Shown: positions 1 through 12,500, counted from the first letter of the stretch. The stretch is DNA of 64,000 nt from Camelus dromedarius (GCF_036321535.1 NC_087444.1:37014001-37078000), one strand, 5' to 3'. Program-made: numbers and translations. Notes: a model not told the origin generated them from the sequence alone.

Positions 1-553
1 AAGTGCCAGGAGAAAGAGGTCAGATAGCAAGTTGGCAGATGTGCCCCGCCAGCAGCATTGCTGGGGCTTTCTCCTGATTCCCATCATGGGGCCTTTAAAG
101 GAATGTTACCATGGAGAGTGCCATGGGGTCACTTGTGTCTTAGAACTCTATCTTCAGTGCAGCGTGGACTGGAGAGGGCAAGTCGGAGCGTAGGGAGACA
201 GCCCACTAGGAGGTGAATGACAGCTGAGCTGCTCTGAAAGGGGAGCAGTGATGGCTCTTTAATTTTGACTTTGATTATAACTGAGGTTGAACAGTTTTCT
301 CATTAGCCTACCATTTATATTTCCCTCTTTTGTTTGTGTTCTTTGTCCATTTAACTATTGGGGTCTTAGTATTTTTCTTATCCATTTGTATGAACTTTTT
401 ATACATTAAAGAGATTAATTTCTTTTACCTATTTATTGAAATACAGTCCCAGTATGTTTGTCTTTTAATTTGATTTGTAGCTATCTGTTTGTTTATGAGA
501 TTCAGAGGTTAAATTGCTAGATTGTTGATTCTGAACATCCTTTTCTTTCTTAT

Positions 554-701
554 TTCTTCCATTGCTTTTTTTTTTTTTTTGGTAGGGGGTAAATAATTAG
601 ATTTATTTATTTAATGGAGGTGCTGGGGTTGAACCCAGGACATCATGCTAGGCATGTGATCTACCACTGAGCTATCCCCTCTGGTTCTTCCACTGCTTTT
701 T
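554..701 (-). mobile_element. tRNA-derived SINE with target-site duplication
   Basis: The minus strand reads gatagctcagtggtag (A box) ... gggttcaacccca (B box), followed by an AT-rich tail and poly-A (T run 566-580 on plus). The TSD is ttcttcca(t/c)tgcttttt at 554-570 and 685-701. Confidence 0.85.
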
Positions 702-734
702 AACTTAGAGATCCCTTGTCTCTTCAGAGATCTG

Positions 735-741
735 ATATGTG

Positions 742-777
<36 letters not shown>

Positions 778-785
778 CACACACA
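735..785. repeat. (TA)n/(CA)n microsatellite
   Basis: tatatatatatatatatatatgtatatatatatatacacacac. Confidence 0.95.
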
Positions 786-1079
786 TGCATATTTTCCTTT
801 TTTAATTAGAATTTATTTCTTTGAGCAGTTTTAGGTTCACAGCAAAATTATTTCTTCTGTTTTTTGGTTTAAATTTTTATATTAATTTTTTATTGGTGAA
901 ATTTATTTTGATATATGCTCTAAGGTAAAAAGCTAAACTGTTTAGTTTTCAAATAGCCCAAGTGCCATTTATGTATAATCTTCCCTTTCCCTTCTGAGTT
1001 GGAAGTCTCCTCATATATTAAGTGTGTGTATGTGTATAAGTAGGGCCTTTTGTCAAGTTATGTATCCAGTGTCATTGAG

Positions 1080-1800
1080 CTTTGTGTCTAAAGGAATTTG
1101 ATTTGGCTTGTTGAAAATATGAAGTATGAGACATCTAAATGGCGAGTCCAGTTGGTAGTTGGATTTCTGGGAGAGGAATTCAAGAGAAAGGTTTGGGTAA
1201 TAAATATAGATGTGACTGTCATTAAAGAATAGGTGGAAGTTGAAGGCATGGATCTAAGTCACTTCCCCATGGAGGCCATGAAGAGCCGTGAAGAGCTGGC
1301 CACAGAGAATGCCCCAGGGAGGACACCAGTCCAAAGATGTGGAAAGGAGGAGGGGCCTACAGAGGGGGCTGAGGAGATCCTAGAAGGAAGAGAGCACAAA
1401 AGTCAACGGTGAAGAGCATTTCAAGTATTGAGTGGATGTCAACAGTGTCAAATCCCACAAAGAATCCAGAAAATAACAGATAGTGTCCATGGTGTTTGAC
1501 ATCCAGGGAGGTCACCAACAGCTTCAGCAACATTTAGTATCTGGGCAGAAAAAGCCAGCTGGGCTGAGGAGTGAATGAGAAGAAATTCAGTGTAGAGAGG
1601 GACTTCATTTGCAAGAAATTTCCCCATGGAAGAAAGGAAATAAATAGAATGTAATGAGAGGTTGAGGTGGGACTGATAAAAGGATTTTCACTGGGAGAGG
1701 TCTCTACTGTGTTTATGTGCTGAAGGAGTCACTAGACGATGGGTGAATATAGGGAGGAGAGAGGTCAGGAATGGTGGACACCTGAGGTGGCCGCAGAGAC
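1080..1800. mobile_element. Degenerate ancient LINE (L2-like) fragments; boundaries approximate
   Basis: Purine-rich decayed motifs such as gagacatctaaatgg...agttgg and aaatatagat...gtcatt resemble L2 by recall. No alignment was run. Confidence 0.45.
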
Positions 1801-3055
1801 AAGCTTCAGCGTTCAAAGCTCAGTCTTGGGTAAGATGGAGAGGATGTCACCTCTTAGGAATCAGAGGGGTAGGGTTGGCCATGTGAAGCCATTTGCTGAG
1901 GAAGTTCCTTAAAGGCTAGAGGGCTTTTTGCTTGTTGAATTTTGAGGCCAAATTATCTTAGGGGAGTAAGTAGAGAGGTAGAGGCCAGGGCCTCAGCAGA
2001 GAGGCTTGGAATATTCACACTGCAGAAGAAAGACAGAAAGTTACCAGAGACACACAAAGAGGCCTCACTCGCTCATGGTGACGCTGCCTGTCTGTGCCCA
2101 GCACTGTGCTGGGCCCTGGGGGTGCAAGGCTGGGGTGGACACAGCACTCAGAAGTTGGTAGTGAGAGGGAGACAGCACAAGTCAAAAGGAGGGGCTAGGG
2201 TGCTGCACTCAAACTCTTATGAGGCACACCAGGGATGCAGAGAAGATTCAGACAGGACTTCATGGAGAAGGGGATGCCTGGGCTGAATCTCAAGCAGGGA
2301 ATAAATATTTGCTAAACAGACAAATAGGAGTAGGTGAGGGGTCAGGACCCAGCCCCCAAGAAAAACAGGATAAAACAGCTGAATCGAGGCACTGGAGCAT
2401 GAGACAATGGTCAGAAGTTGGCATTCCCAGAGATGGCGTGGGGAGCAGGTGTGCGAGAGCTGGGACTGAAGAAGTAGGCAGGGGTCTGACATAGAAGGGC
2501 TTGAGTGCTAGCCAGGAAGCTCAGTCTCTATCCTGTGCAGTGCAAACCAACAAAGGCCCTGAAAAGCATGGTCAGTTTGCCTCTGGTGAGGATCACCCTG
2601 GTGACAATACCAAGGATAAGACTGGAGCCAGAGAGACTGGAGGCCAGGACCCTGATCAGGAGGAAACTGCTGTAATATATTTCTGACAGATAATAAAGGC
2701 AGGACTAAGGCAGAATAGTGAGGGGGGAGCAGAGAGACATATTACAATGTATCGAGGAGAAGGAATGGAAGGGACTTTGGTCACTGCAGATGTGAGGGAG
2801 GAGGAGTCTAGGATAACTTGCAGATTTCTGACTAAGTGATTTGGTAGAGGGCACGGAGAGTTTAGGAGAAGGGCCCGAGTCCAGAGATAAGACAGTGAAT
2901 TCAGATCTGGGCATGCTGCATCCTTGTATTTAGAGAGAGGTCAACCAGGGCCTGTTTCCCAGGGCCCACGACTAAGGAAGAAGATGTGGACCACAAATAA
3001 ATTAGTTAGGATGGGATGAAATGCAGTCTGCCAGGGTGTACGTGGAGGTAAACTC

Positions 3056-3106
3056 TGTGTGTGTCTGTGTGTGTGTGTGTCTGTGTGTGTGTGTCTGTGT
3101 GTGTGT
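3056..3106. repeat. Interrupted (TG)n microsatellite
   Basis: tgtgtgtgtctgtgtgtgtgtgtgtctgtgtgtgtgtgtctgtgtgtgtgtg. Confidence 0.95.
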
Positions 3107-6100
3107 GGTGGAGTGGAACAAACCATGGAGAATTCACTGGTCTATGGACTGGGCTATTCTTTGGTGACCATGAAAGAGGCTGATGGGGAACAGGCTAGAA
3201 GATAGGAGAGCCAAGAGGGCAGCATCTCAGAACCCCCGGTGGGAGACAGCATCAGGGGGAGACTGATGGCATGGCAGAGAGGACACTTGTGGAAGGTCTG
3301 CAGAGGAGACCCCAGATGTTGATGATCTTGCCAGAGGGGAGCTGTTGCTGAGAATGAGTGATTCTGTTGGGGACAGTGGTGAAACGGTAAGTGGGCAAAG
3401 CCATGGTAAATAAGTGGCCACAGTGGGTGTGGGCACCTGAATGCTTCCAAGAAGTGAGACAGTAGATGGGAGGGTGTGAGAGGTGAGAAGAGTGGGTGCA
3501 GGATCAAGGGGGGCTTTTTGTTAAGACTAGGGTGTTCATGGACTCTGAGGAAGTTGCCATGGAAAGGCAGAGACTGAAGGGTTCTCAAAGGAGAAGGTGG
3601 GGAACAGGCTCAGCAGGCCAGGAGAAGGGGGTCACCTTGAACCCAAGAGCAGGGGACAGAAGAAGGTTAGGATGGGTCCCGTCAGGGGTGGGCCGGAGTA
3701 TATGAACAGGGAAAGGGGAGGGTCTTCCCCCTCTAAAAACTTTGGTTGCTTTTTGAAACTGAACAGGTAATCTCTGAGAAGGCTGGAGTTGGGGAGGGGG
3801 TTGCTGCAGTAGCATCAGGGGCTGAGAAGATGGTGGGCTGAAGAGAAGTCTTAGGGGAACGAGAAGAGTGCAGGGAGGTGGCGAGGAGGCGGGAGGGGGG
3901 AGGCCAGTGCTGACAGTGCAGGAAGAGGGGAGACCACGGCCTCCTGGGGCAGAATCCTGTATCCCCAGCACACACCCAGAGGAGGCAATGGTCTCATCAT
4001 CTCTGGCTGGGCAGGGAGCAAGGAGAAAGGGCATAGCAGCATGACAGGGGCAGGACCACGAGGGCCCTGAGGAGAGGTGATGAGGAGAGAGGCCTCCTGG
4101 AGTCCAGCAAAGAAGGAAAGGGTGGAAGAAGCAAAGTGGCCAGTCAGGCTCTGGGGATTCAGGTGAGATTGGAATAGGAGTAAGGGAGTGAGGAAAAGGA
4201 GGAGGCAGGGCCAGAGTTTGGGATTGTAGAGTCTACCATTTTAACACTGGGGCTGCCCCAGCTAAATATGAGCTCCAGACAGAACATTGACAAGGACCTA
4301 TTTATTGCCTCTGCAAAACTCAGCCCTGAGGCTGGGAGCTCTGGGAATCCAGGCCAAAGACATCTGGGCATCTAGGGACCTGCTGACATCACACTACCAC
4401 CATGTCCCAGAGAGCAATCTGCAGAACCCTATGTGGGCAGGTTGATAAGGAGGTCATGCCCCGGTGAGTAGTTGCTACAGAAGATTCTGGCTCACCAAGG
4501 CCAAGCTGGGGCCTGTGGCTCACCAGGCCAGGCTAGGATGCTGGACTCAGTGAATTCTTATTCTCTCTGACCTGCCCCCACTTAATTTCAATTTTTCTCA
4601 AATAAGAAGGTAGACAAAGGTGGCACCCTGACATACACCCGGGCTCTGTCCATTCTTGGGGGCGCCCTGCTTGCCTGCCATTGGACTGGTTACTGCAGAG
4701 AATTCAGGATGACTCAGTTCCTGCCCTCTTCTGACTTCTACCTGAGGTGTCTATAAAGCCTCTGGAAATGACCCCTGAGGTCTGATTCTTCTATATACTG
4801 CCAGGGTTTATATTTTCTCAAAGGCCTTCTGGAAAACATGCGTGTTAACTTTAGATACCTGTGCCAGCAGACAGGAGGGCCATATCTCTATCAGATGGCT
4901 TTCCAAGCCTGCACACAGGCCTATAGTTTCAGCTCTGGACTTTGGGAGGTATGACATTAGAGTCCTGGCCTCTCATAGTCAAGGGACATGTGTTGCTTTT
5001 AGCAGACTTCGGGCATTTTCCAAATGATTTCCCATTTACTCTTAAGGTGTCATCATTGGGAAAGGAGGAGACCAGGGGGCTAGTTGGATCCTGTGTGGAT
5101 GGTGTTAGTTGGCCCCTGTGTGGAAGCTGGAGCAGGTACCCAGGCCTCCCTTGAGCCTCTAGAAGCATCTTCCTGGGGGCTGGGAAGAAGAACTTGTCTA
5201 CAGTGGAACCAAAGACCAGAACCCAGAAGCCTGCTGCTTCTGCCAGCTGCTCTGTCCCCACAGATGATAAATATCCCTAACAGGCTGCTCCTGGGCTCCT
5301 GTATTTGAGTCCAGGGTAAACCACCTGAGTGATGGCTTAGAGGCTGCCTCCTCCCCATCAAGGAAAACGGTGGGGAGCAGGGAGGTGGTCTCAAATCTCA
5401 CCCTCACTCATAGCTAGATGTCCTTTAGGCCAGGCCCTGCCCCTTTCTCAGGTAGCTTTTGTGTCCACCTGCCAGCCCTGTATTTAGACCCTGGGCTGTT
5501 CGTCTGCCTTGTTCCCAGGAAGGCAGTTGGAGAGGGGAGAACATTCCTGGCAGCGGAGACTCAGGAAGACAGGGAAAGAAGGAAGACTGAAGGCTGCTGG
5601 AGCGGGGCCTGTGGGGGTGGCATGTGACTGGTGGGGGCAGTGCTGCCTTGGCAACCAGCACTGCTCTGCACTCCCCAGCCATAGTTCACTTGTTCGTCAG
5701 ATTGGCTCATCTGTCATGCAGGGCTTTGAAATGGCTGAAAGCATGCTTTACCTTTCCTTTCTAAAACCTTTCCTCCCTGATTTTTTCAGTACCCTCCCCA
5801 CCCTCACACCCTGGGATCTTCCCCAGTTCTCCTTCAATCAGAGACAGACCCAGGTGCTCAAGAGTCCTCACTACCCCACGTCTCCCAGTGTCCACGATGG
5901 AGTCTGTGGGAGTGCACCTCTCATCCATAATGACCATGAGGTCTGAAATGGGAACCGGGTTTGACCCCCTGATCCCCGTGAAATTGGCCAGGAGCCCTCT
6001 CTTACCACATGCTCCTTCCCGTCATGACAGCTGTAAGCAGCTGCTTCTCTCTCTGGAGAAGCCAGGCTAGGTTCTCCCCACCTGGAAATGAGTTCCACGT

Positions 6101-7500
6101 GTCTTCTTGGGAGGATTCTGTTGATAAGTATCTTGCGGGAGTGCAAACCAGGCATCGTTTCTGCCTTTCTGGTGGTTCCCTTTTGATGATATTCTGTGGG
6201 GAACAAGCAGGGAATGTCAGCTTGTCCTTGTGGTTACTCACAAGACAGGTTTTTTGGGGAGTTTGCTTGTGAAAACAAGAGCTTTTGCGTACCACTTGCC
6301 TGCAACCTGGGCATCTGACAGGGGTAGAGAGACAGGGCCAGGATTTTAGAAGCCAAGCCCTCTTCTCCCTTCCCCCACAGACCTGTTCCACCCTTTCCTC
6401 TACCTACTCTCCTTTGCCTCCCTCTGGCACAAAATCAGGGAAGGTTCTAGGAGAACATCTCCCTCACTGGGGGTTCCCCAAACTCCTACACAAGCCAGCT
6501 TATTCCCACAGTGGCTTAGCCCTGAGTTTGCCTATCGGCCCCACCCCATGCTGACTGTGTGCTCCCCACACTCACTCCCCTGTTGCTCTAAGGCAGGGCC
6601 AGCTCAACTTCCTCCCTGCCTCTGAGATTTATTCTGAGCTCCTGCTCACAGAAAGTGGATGCTTCTCTCTCTTTACCTGGACAGATAAGACAGACCCTCC
6701 AGAGATGAGCCGCAGGGAACACAAACACATCTTTAACTCCAGAGCCCGCAGGGCCCACACACGTGAGCGCGCGTGCACCCACGCATGCGCACATCTCGCA
6801 CGCACGTGCACGCGCATATTTTCAGTTACACACAAAACCCGTTTTTGCAAACATTCATGTGGCTGAGACACTGAGGCCACCAGGGGACCTAGGCCTCACT
6901 GCCTGCCCCAGATCTCTAGCACCTTGGCCACGGAGGATTCTGGTGACACCTGTGTTGCTTCTTCCAGCCTTCAGCTGTTCTGAGGGCTATTTATATGTTC
7001 TCGAGAAAGTAGGGGAGGCTAGTTGCTTGGCTAATGCCAAGCTGAGGCCCTGGATTGGGAGCTGAGTCCACGGGTCTCAGGGCCACCTTCTGAAAGTCGC
7101 AAAGCTTGGGGTCCAGCACACTTCGTCCTCCTGCTCCCTGGGGGCTTCGCTGGGTCTCCTCCAGGCCACCCTCCAGCCCTCCTATACCCAGCAAGAATGC
7201 CAAGTCCCCGCTCTGACCCAGCCCCTCCCTCGGCAGGCATTCAGTCCCATCCATCACTAACCTTCCTGCCCTCCCCTCATAGTCATCCCTTTTGAGCCCC
7301 AGTGTGACCTCGTCCCACCTCCCACTTCCATCAGCACGTTCTCAACCACACAAGACACCACACACCACAGTGGGTCCCTATTGTAGAAGGGCCCTTCTCT
7401 GACCTGCCCTCAAACTCTAGCCAGCAAATGGCCACCAGACCTAATGCCCAGCACACTCTGAGGCCAAAGGGCTAACCCCAGGCCCAATGCTGCTTCTTAG

Positions 7501-10500
7501 ACCAACGTGTGGTACAACATCCCTGTGTCCTCTGCCTCCCTTCCGGCCATCAAGAGCCTGGGTCTCAGGGGCATCTCCTGCATCAGCCTGACCATCCTGG
7601 ATGGCTCGCCGGCTTCACACCGGGTGCTGAAGTCTGTTGCCTACCACATGGGCCCACACCTGCAGAGTTTGTGCCTCAGTGGGGGCAGCCCCACAGAGGC
7701 CCCCTTTGTGGCCCTGATCCTGGGCTGCCCGGCCCTGCGTATCCTTGACCTCAGTGGCTGCAACAGTCTCTTCACATCGAGCATGCTGCTAGCTCAGCCT
7801 GAGACAGCACAGAGGGTCCAGCAGGCACTGAGTGGCCTCTGTGAGTTCAACCTGGCTAGCCTGCAGGACCTGGCTGATCTCAGCTTCAACCGTCTCAGTA
7901 GCTGTGCCCCCAGCCTGGAGCGCCTCTCTTTGGCCTACTGCCACCTCACCTTCGAGCAAGGCCCAGCCAGGGGCTCCATCGGCCCCCAGGACTCCTCCCC
8001 CTCCCAACTCTCCTTTCACAACCGGCTGCGATTTGTGAAGGAGCGGGCTGGTAGGCTGTGCGCCCTGGACCTGAGTGGCACTGGCTTGCCACCCGAGGCC
8101 CTGCAGGCCCTGGGCCAGGTGGCCGGGCTGCAGCTGCAGGAGCTGAGCTTGCACAGCTGCCAGGACCTCTCCACAGAGGCTGTGGCCGCTCTTTGCTACC
8201 AGCAACCAGGCCTTACCTCCTTGGACCTCAGTGGCTGCTCAGAACTGTCTGATGGGGTGCTCTTGGCTGTGAGCTGAGGCCTGCAGCACCTGCAGCACCT
8301 GAGCCTGAGGAAACTGCAGCGGCTCACAGATGCAGGATGCTCAGCCCTAGGGGGCCTGCGGGAGCTGCAGAGCCTCAACATGGCCGAGCGCTGCCAGGTG
8401 AGAGGGCGGGAACTGGCCCAGGCGCTGGGCTTGGTGCAAGGAGCTCCACCCCCATTGGCCTCCCTCAGCCTGGCCTACTGCTCCTCACTCAAGGTGAGCA
8501 TCCCATCCCCTTCGTTCCTTCCCCACCAGGGCTAAGGGCTGGGGTGACTGGGATTGTGGCATCAGGGAGGTGCCCAGTGTTCATGTCCAAGTGGTAGTAG
8601 TAGAACTGAACTGGGGACATAGTCTGGAAGGGGAAAGGAGCCTAGACAGTGCTGCCGCCAACACTCCTCCCTGCAGCCCCGACGGTGGGTCCAGGTAGAG
8701 GGAGGTCCAAGAGATCAGGGTGGTCCAGCCCCCAAGGTGGCACACACCTCACAAGCCAAGTGCTTAGTGACCACTGCAGTCTTTGGAGGAGCTCTGGGGG
8801 CAGGTGTTCTGGAAGCCGGGAAGGCTGGTAGAAGGGGTGACAGAACCCAGTCCTGCGGGGAAGGGGCACTGAGGTTCCACCGAAGTGGTTGCTCTGGCAG
8901 GGTCCGAGGGAGGGAATGTGATGTGGGAGCAGAAGGGTCATTTCTTGGCTGAAGCCAGTTTCTTCAGTAGGACTCAGCCCTGCCCCTCTGGGTGGTGTCC
9001 CTGTCTTGGCAATGTCAGTCTCTCCCTCGTTAGCTGATTATTCCTTCAGTCTAGCACTGTGCCCAGGGCATTCCTAACCTGAAAACCATCTCAGCCTTTT
9101 TCCCCACAGGCGCCTCTCTTCCTCTGCCCTATTCCATCTTCACTGCTTCACTGCTGTGTGTCTCTTAGCTGCTCTCTCTGGGGCCCCACATTCTCATGTC
9201 TCTGCATCTCTCTACAAACCAGCTTCCTCTATTCTGCACTTAATTCCTGCTCCCCCTACCTAACCCCAGCTGCTCCTGGCAGGTGGCAGCCCTACCTGGT
9301 CTGTGACCTCACAGTTCTAGCAGGAGCATGTCTGACTGGCTCAGCTAGGATCAGATGTCTGCCACTGGTGCTGGGAGCATAGGCAAGGGGAATACCACAG
9401 GAATTTTCACCTGCATCCTTCCTGCCCCAGCCAATTTGTCCTTCTCCTGGTGTTGCATCTCTAGAACCCACCTCATCCATCTACACTGACTTTCACCAGC
9501 ACCAGAACATTGTTGCTTCCTTCGAAGGACCCTGTGGTAGCTCCCTATTGTCTGTGGGGCTGGAACCCTGGGCAGAACCCTCCTAGTGATCCCTGCCAAG
9601 CCTGGTGACACAGGCACACCTCTCCACTGCCCTCTCCCTTTTCTACTTCCCTCCTAGGACGCCTCAGTGTTCTCCCTGATCCCCGTGCTGAGCCCAAGCC
9701 TTAGGGTGCTAGACTTATCCTCCTGTGTGGCCCTCACCAACCAAACCATGCAAGCCATCTGCACCTATCTTACCCACCTCTCAGTCCTGCGTCTGGCCTG
9801 GTGCAAGGAGCTCCATGACTGGGGGCTTCTGGGGCTGAGGGAACTAAGTGAGGAGGCTTTGAAAGAGCCCAGGTGAGGGACCCTGGATGTCAGGGTGGGT
9901 GGGGCGTTCTCTGCCCTCCTACCCCTCCTAAGTCTCTCTCTGGGAACATTTGAGGGTCAAACTCAGGAGGAACCTGAGGCAGGGGCTTCTTCCCACAGCC
10001 ACACCGAGAGCTGGAGCATCAGGCCTCCAGCCCCAAGAACCCTTCTCCCCAGCCACAGGACCCCTCCCTGCTCACGTGGCAGGCCCTGCGGGAGTTGGAC
10101 CTCACAGCCTGCAGCAAGCTGACTGATGCCAGTTTGACCAAGGTGTGGGGCTGGGGGCTGGAGCCAGGGGCCTGGGCCAACCCACTTTTTGTTTGGAAAA
10201 ACTTCCTTTCTTATGGGCTTCTGCTGCTTTGGCCATTCCTCTGGCTGGGGGCAGAGGAAGTTGGAAGGGCCCTAGACCTGGGCTCCAGTGCACATTACCC
10301 TCCACCCCACCCCCATCCTTACAGGTGCTCCAGTTCCCCCAGCTGAGGCAGTTGTCACTGAGCCTGTTGCCCGCACTTACAGGCAAGGGCTTGGTGGCTG
10401 TGGCCAGGGGTTGTCCCAGCCTGGAGTGCTTGGCGCTGAGTCACTGCAGCCTCCTCAATGACAAGGGCTGGGCCCAGGCAGCCAGCTCCTGGCCAAGGCT

Positions 10501-10796
10501 GCAGCATCTCAACCTGTCCAGCTGCAGTCGGCTTACAGAGCAGTGAGTGTGTCCAGTGTTGCCACAGTGCAGGGGTTTGGCTGGGGCCCATGCTGAGTTG
10601 GGCACTCATCTAGTGGCCTCCCTGCAGAACACTGGAAACCACTGGGCAGGCGTGCAAGCAGCTCCAGACGTTAGATGTGGCCATGTGTCCTGGCATCGGC
10701 ATGGCTTCTGTCAGGTGCTTCCAAGCCCAACTGCCCCAGGTGACCTGTGTGCAGTCCCGCTTCGTGGGGGGTGCTGACCTGACCCTAACGCTCTGA
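7501..10796 (+). pseudogene. LRRC29: Leucine-rich repeat protein 29 (FBXL9), apparently disrupted. Exons 7501-8493, 9658-9872, 9999-10142, 10325-10542, 10628-10796 (TGA). The N-terminal F-box exon was not identified and probably lies upstream of the window.
   Basis: Cys-containing LRRs (LRILDLSGC, LQELSLHSC, LTSLDLSGC) and the C-terminus QSRFVGGADLTLTL* match LRRC29. All introns are GT-AG. There is an in-frame TGA at 8275-8277 with the LRR frame continuing behind it, and exon 9658-9872 is 215 nt between two phase-0 junctions. Confidence 0.85.
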
Positions 10797-11244
10797 GGCC
10801 AGGTCAGTAACCAGCCCTGCAGCTCAGCCTCCGTCACCTCCAGAGTCCTCAGCCCTGGCCTCTTGACCTAGAGTTTGACTCAGTGCCTTCTGTCTCCTTC
10901 TGCTACATGCCCCAGAGCCCCTTCCCCTTTTCTAGGACTAGGGGTGGGACTAATCCAGGGCAGCCCAAGGGGCTTCCTGCCCTACTCTGCCCCACAGCCC
11001 AGCAGGAACCTTTTCCAGCTACATGTCATGGTCACAGACCCCTGGAAATGGCAGCTCCTGCTCTCCTGTCCAGGGCTGGGTTCAGAGGCCAGGGTTACAG
11101 GTGGGCTGGGGAGGAGCAGACCTTCTGCCTCTTGCCCTGTCCACTTCTCACTCTAAGGCCTGTGCCCACCTTGTTCCCTACAGGAGCTCTCCCAGCCCGC
11201 TGCCAGCACTGAGCTTTAGCAGTCTTTGTTGTATGCCCAACAAG

Positions 11245-11250
11245 ATTAAA
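11245..11250 (+). terminator. Candidate LRRC29 poly(A) signal (ATTAAA); a second candidate AATAAA lies at 11889-11894
   Basis: Hexamers lie about 450 and 1100 nt after the LRRC29 stop. Confidence 0.45.
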
Positions 11251-12500
11251 AAATTCCAGATCTTACCTCCTTGTTTGAAGTTCTCAGACTCTAGGGTCCC
11301 TCCCCTCCCCACCTCAGTTGAAACAGCCCAGCCCAGCCCACAGACAATGTGTAGGAAACACCAGAGGGACAGACAACTTCCTCTTACCCCTGGCCCAAAG
11401 CCCTGCAGGTGCCCCCAGTGGGTCTTAGCTTCTTCCCCAGAGACTCCAGAGGCCTTTCCCCGGCATGAGCCCCAGGACATGGCCTGTAGCAAAGGCACAT
11501 CTGTGTGCACTTGTCCCAGCCAGACCCCAAGAGCATGGTGACTAAGGATGCCTGAGTCAGTGAGGCTGTCCTCTGGAAAAGAACAAGAAAGAGGCCAGCA
11601 TCTCTGGGTAGAAAGAGTCATTAGAGGACATCTAGTCCATTCTCCTGAACAGTGCTGGTGACTTCTCAAACAGCTCTGAGAAACAGTCTGTCTTCCATGC
11701 ATCCACCCATGCTTTGTTCATCTATCAGTTCACTAGTTCTAGGACAGCTAACTGGGCTGCCTGAGTACCTGCAGGCACTGTGCTTTATGTGGGGAGTCAG
11801 AGCTGCTGAAGCTCTCCCAGCCCTAAGGCCAGTTGGGGAAGCATATCAGCCAACAGGCAGGGCCAGTGCAGTGTGTAGGGTGTGCACAAATAAAGAAACA
11901 AGCTCCTGGGACTAGGAACCCAGGGGAGCAATGAACTTAGCTTAGGAGGTCAAGGAAGACTCAGGTGAGTTTAAAAAGTGGAGGAAAGGAAGGGGACAAT
12001 GAAGCAGAAGGGACCAGGGAGGTGCGTGTGGACAGGCCAGAGCTGGCACTGGGGGTAGGGGTGGTCCCACCCTCTTGCGAGGGAGCATGCCAGCTTGGAC
12101 CAAGCACTGAGAACCCTGCAAGCCACAGGCACTCTGTCGGAAGGGCTAAACCACAACATGTCTGCAACCCATCTCAACTCTGTTTAATTATGGTACCATG
12201 ACCATTATCCCAAGGACAATAGAGAGACACTGGCAGCCCCAGACCCACTTTGGCTGGTGCCACCAGACTGCAGGGCTAGCACTGAGGAAAGCTGAGGACT
12301 CATCTTGGGGAAGGGTAAGAGGGCCAGCCTGTCCCCACTCTTTCAGAACACCCGCCCCTCAACTGTAGCTGCCCAGGTTTGTGGCCCTAAGCTGCGGCCC
12401 TGGTCTGATGCCCCCATCTTCTATGCCAGCTATATTTGAAGGCAAGTGTGGCCTGCAGGGTTCAGAGCTGGCTTGACACATATCCAACAGCCAAGCAGGC

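Noticed and set aside
620-680. tRNA genes at the SINE heads, and a tRNA-like start near 63940
   Set aside because: They have A/B boxes but no complete cloverleaf. The three full copies have poly-A tails and TSDs and are SINEs. The last one is truncated by the window end and cannot be classified.
5731-5790. ATG GCT GAA AGC... (MAESMLYLSFL) as the missing LRRC29 F-box start
   Set aside because: There is only a superficial peptide resemblance to the recalled orthologue N-terminus. It lacks the rest of the F-box and a suitable donor, so it is probably chance.
8337-8597. Alternative-frame ORF MLSPRGPAGAAEPQHGR, resembling the recalled human LRRC29 N-terminus, as a rescue start
   Set aside because: Here it never re-enters the LRR frame. 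Splicing to either downstream exon meets a stop.
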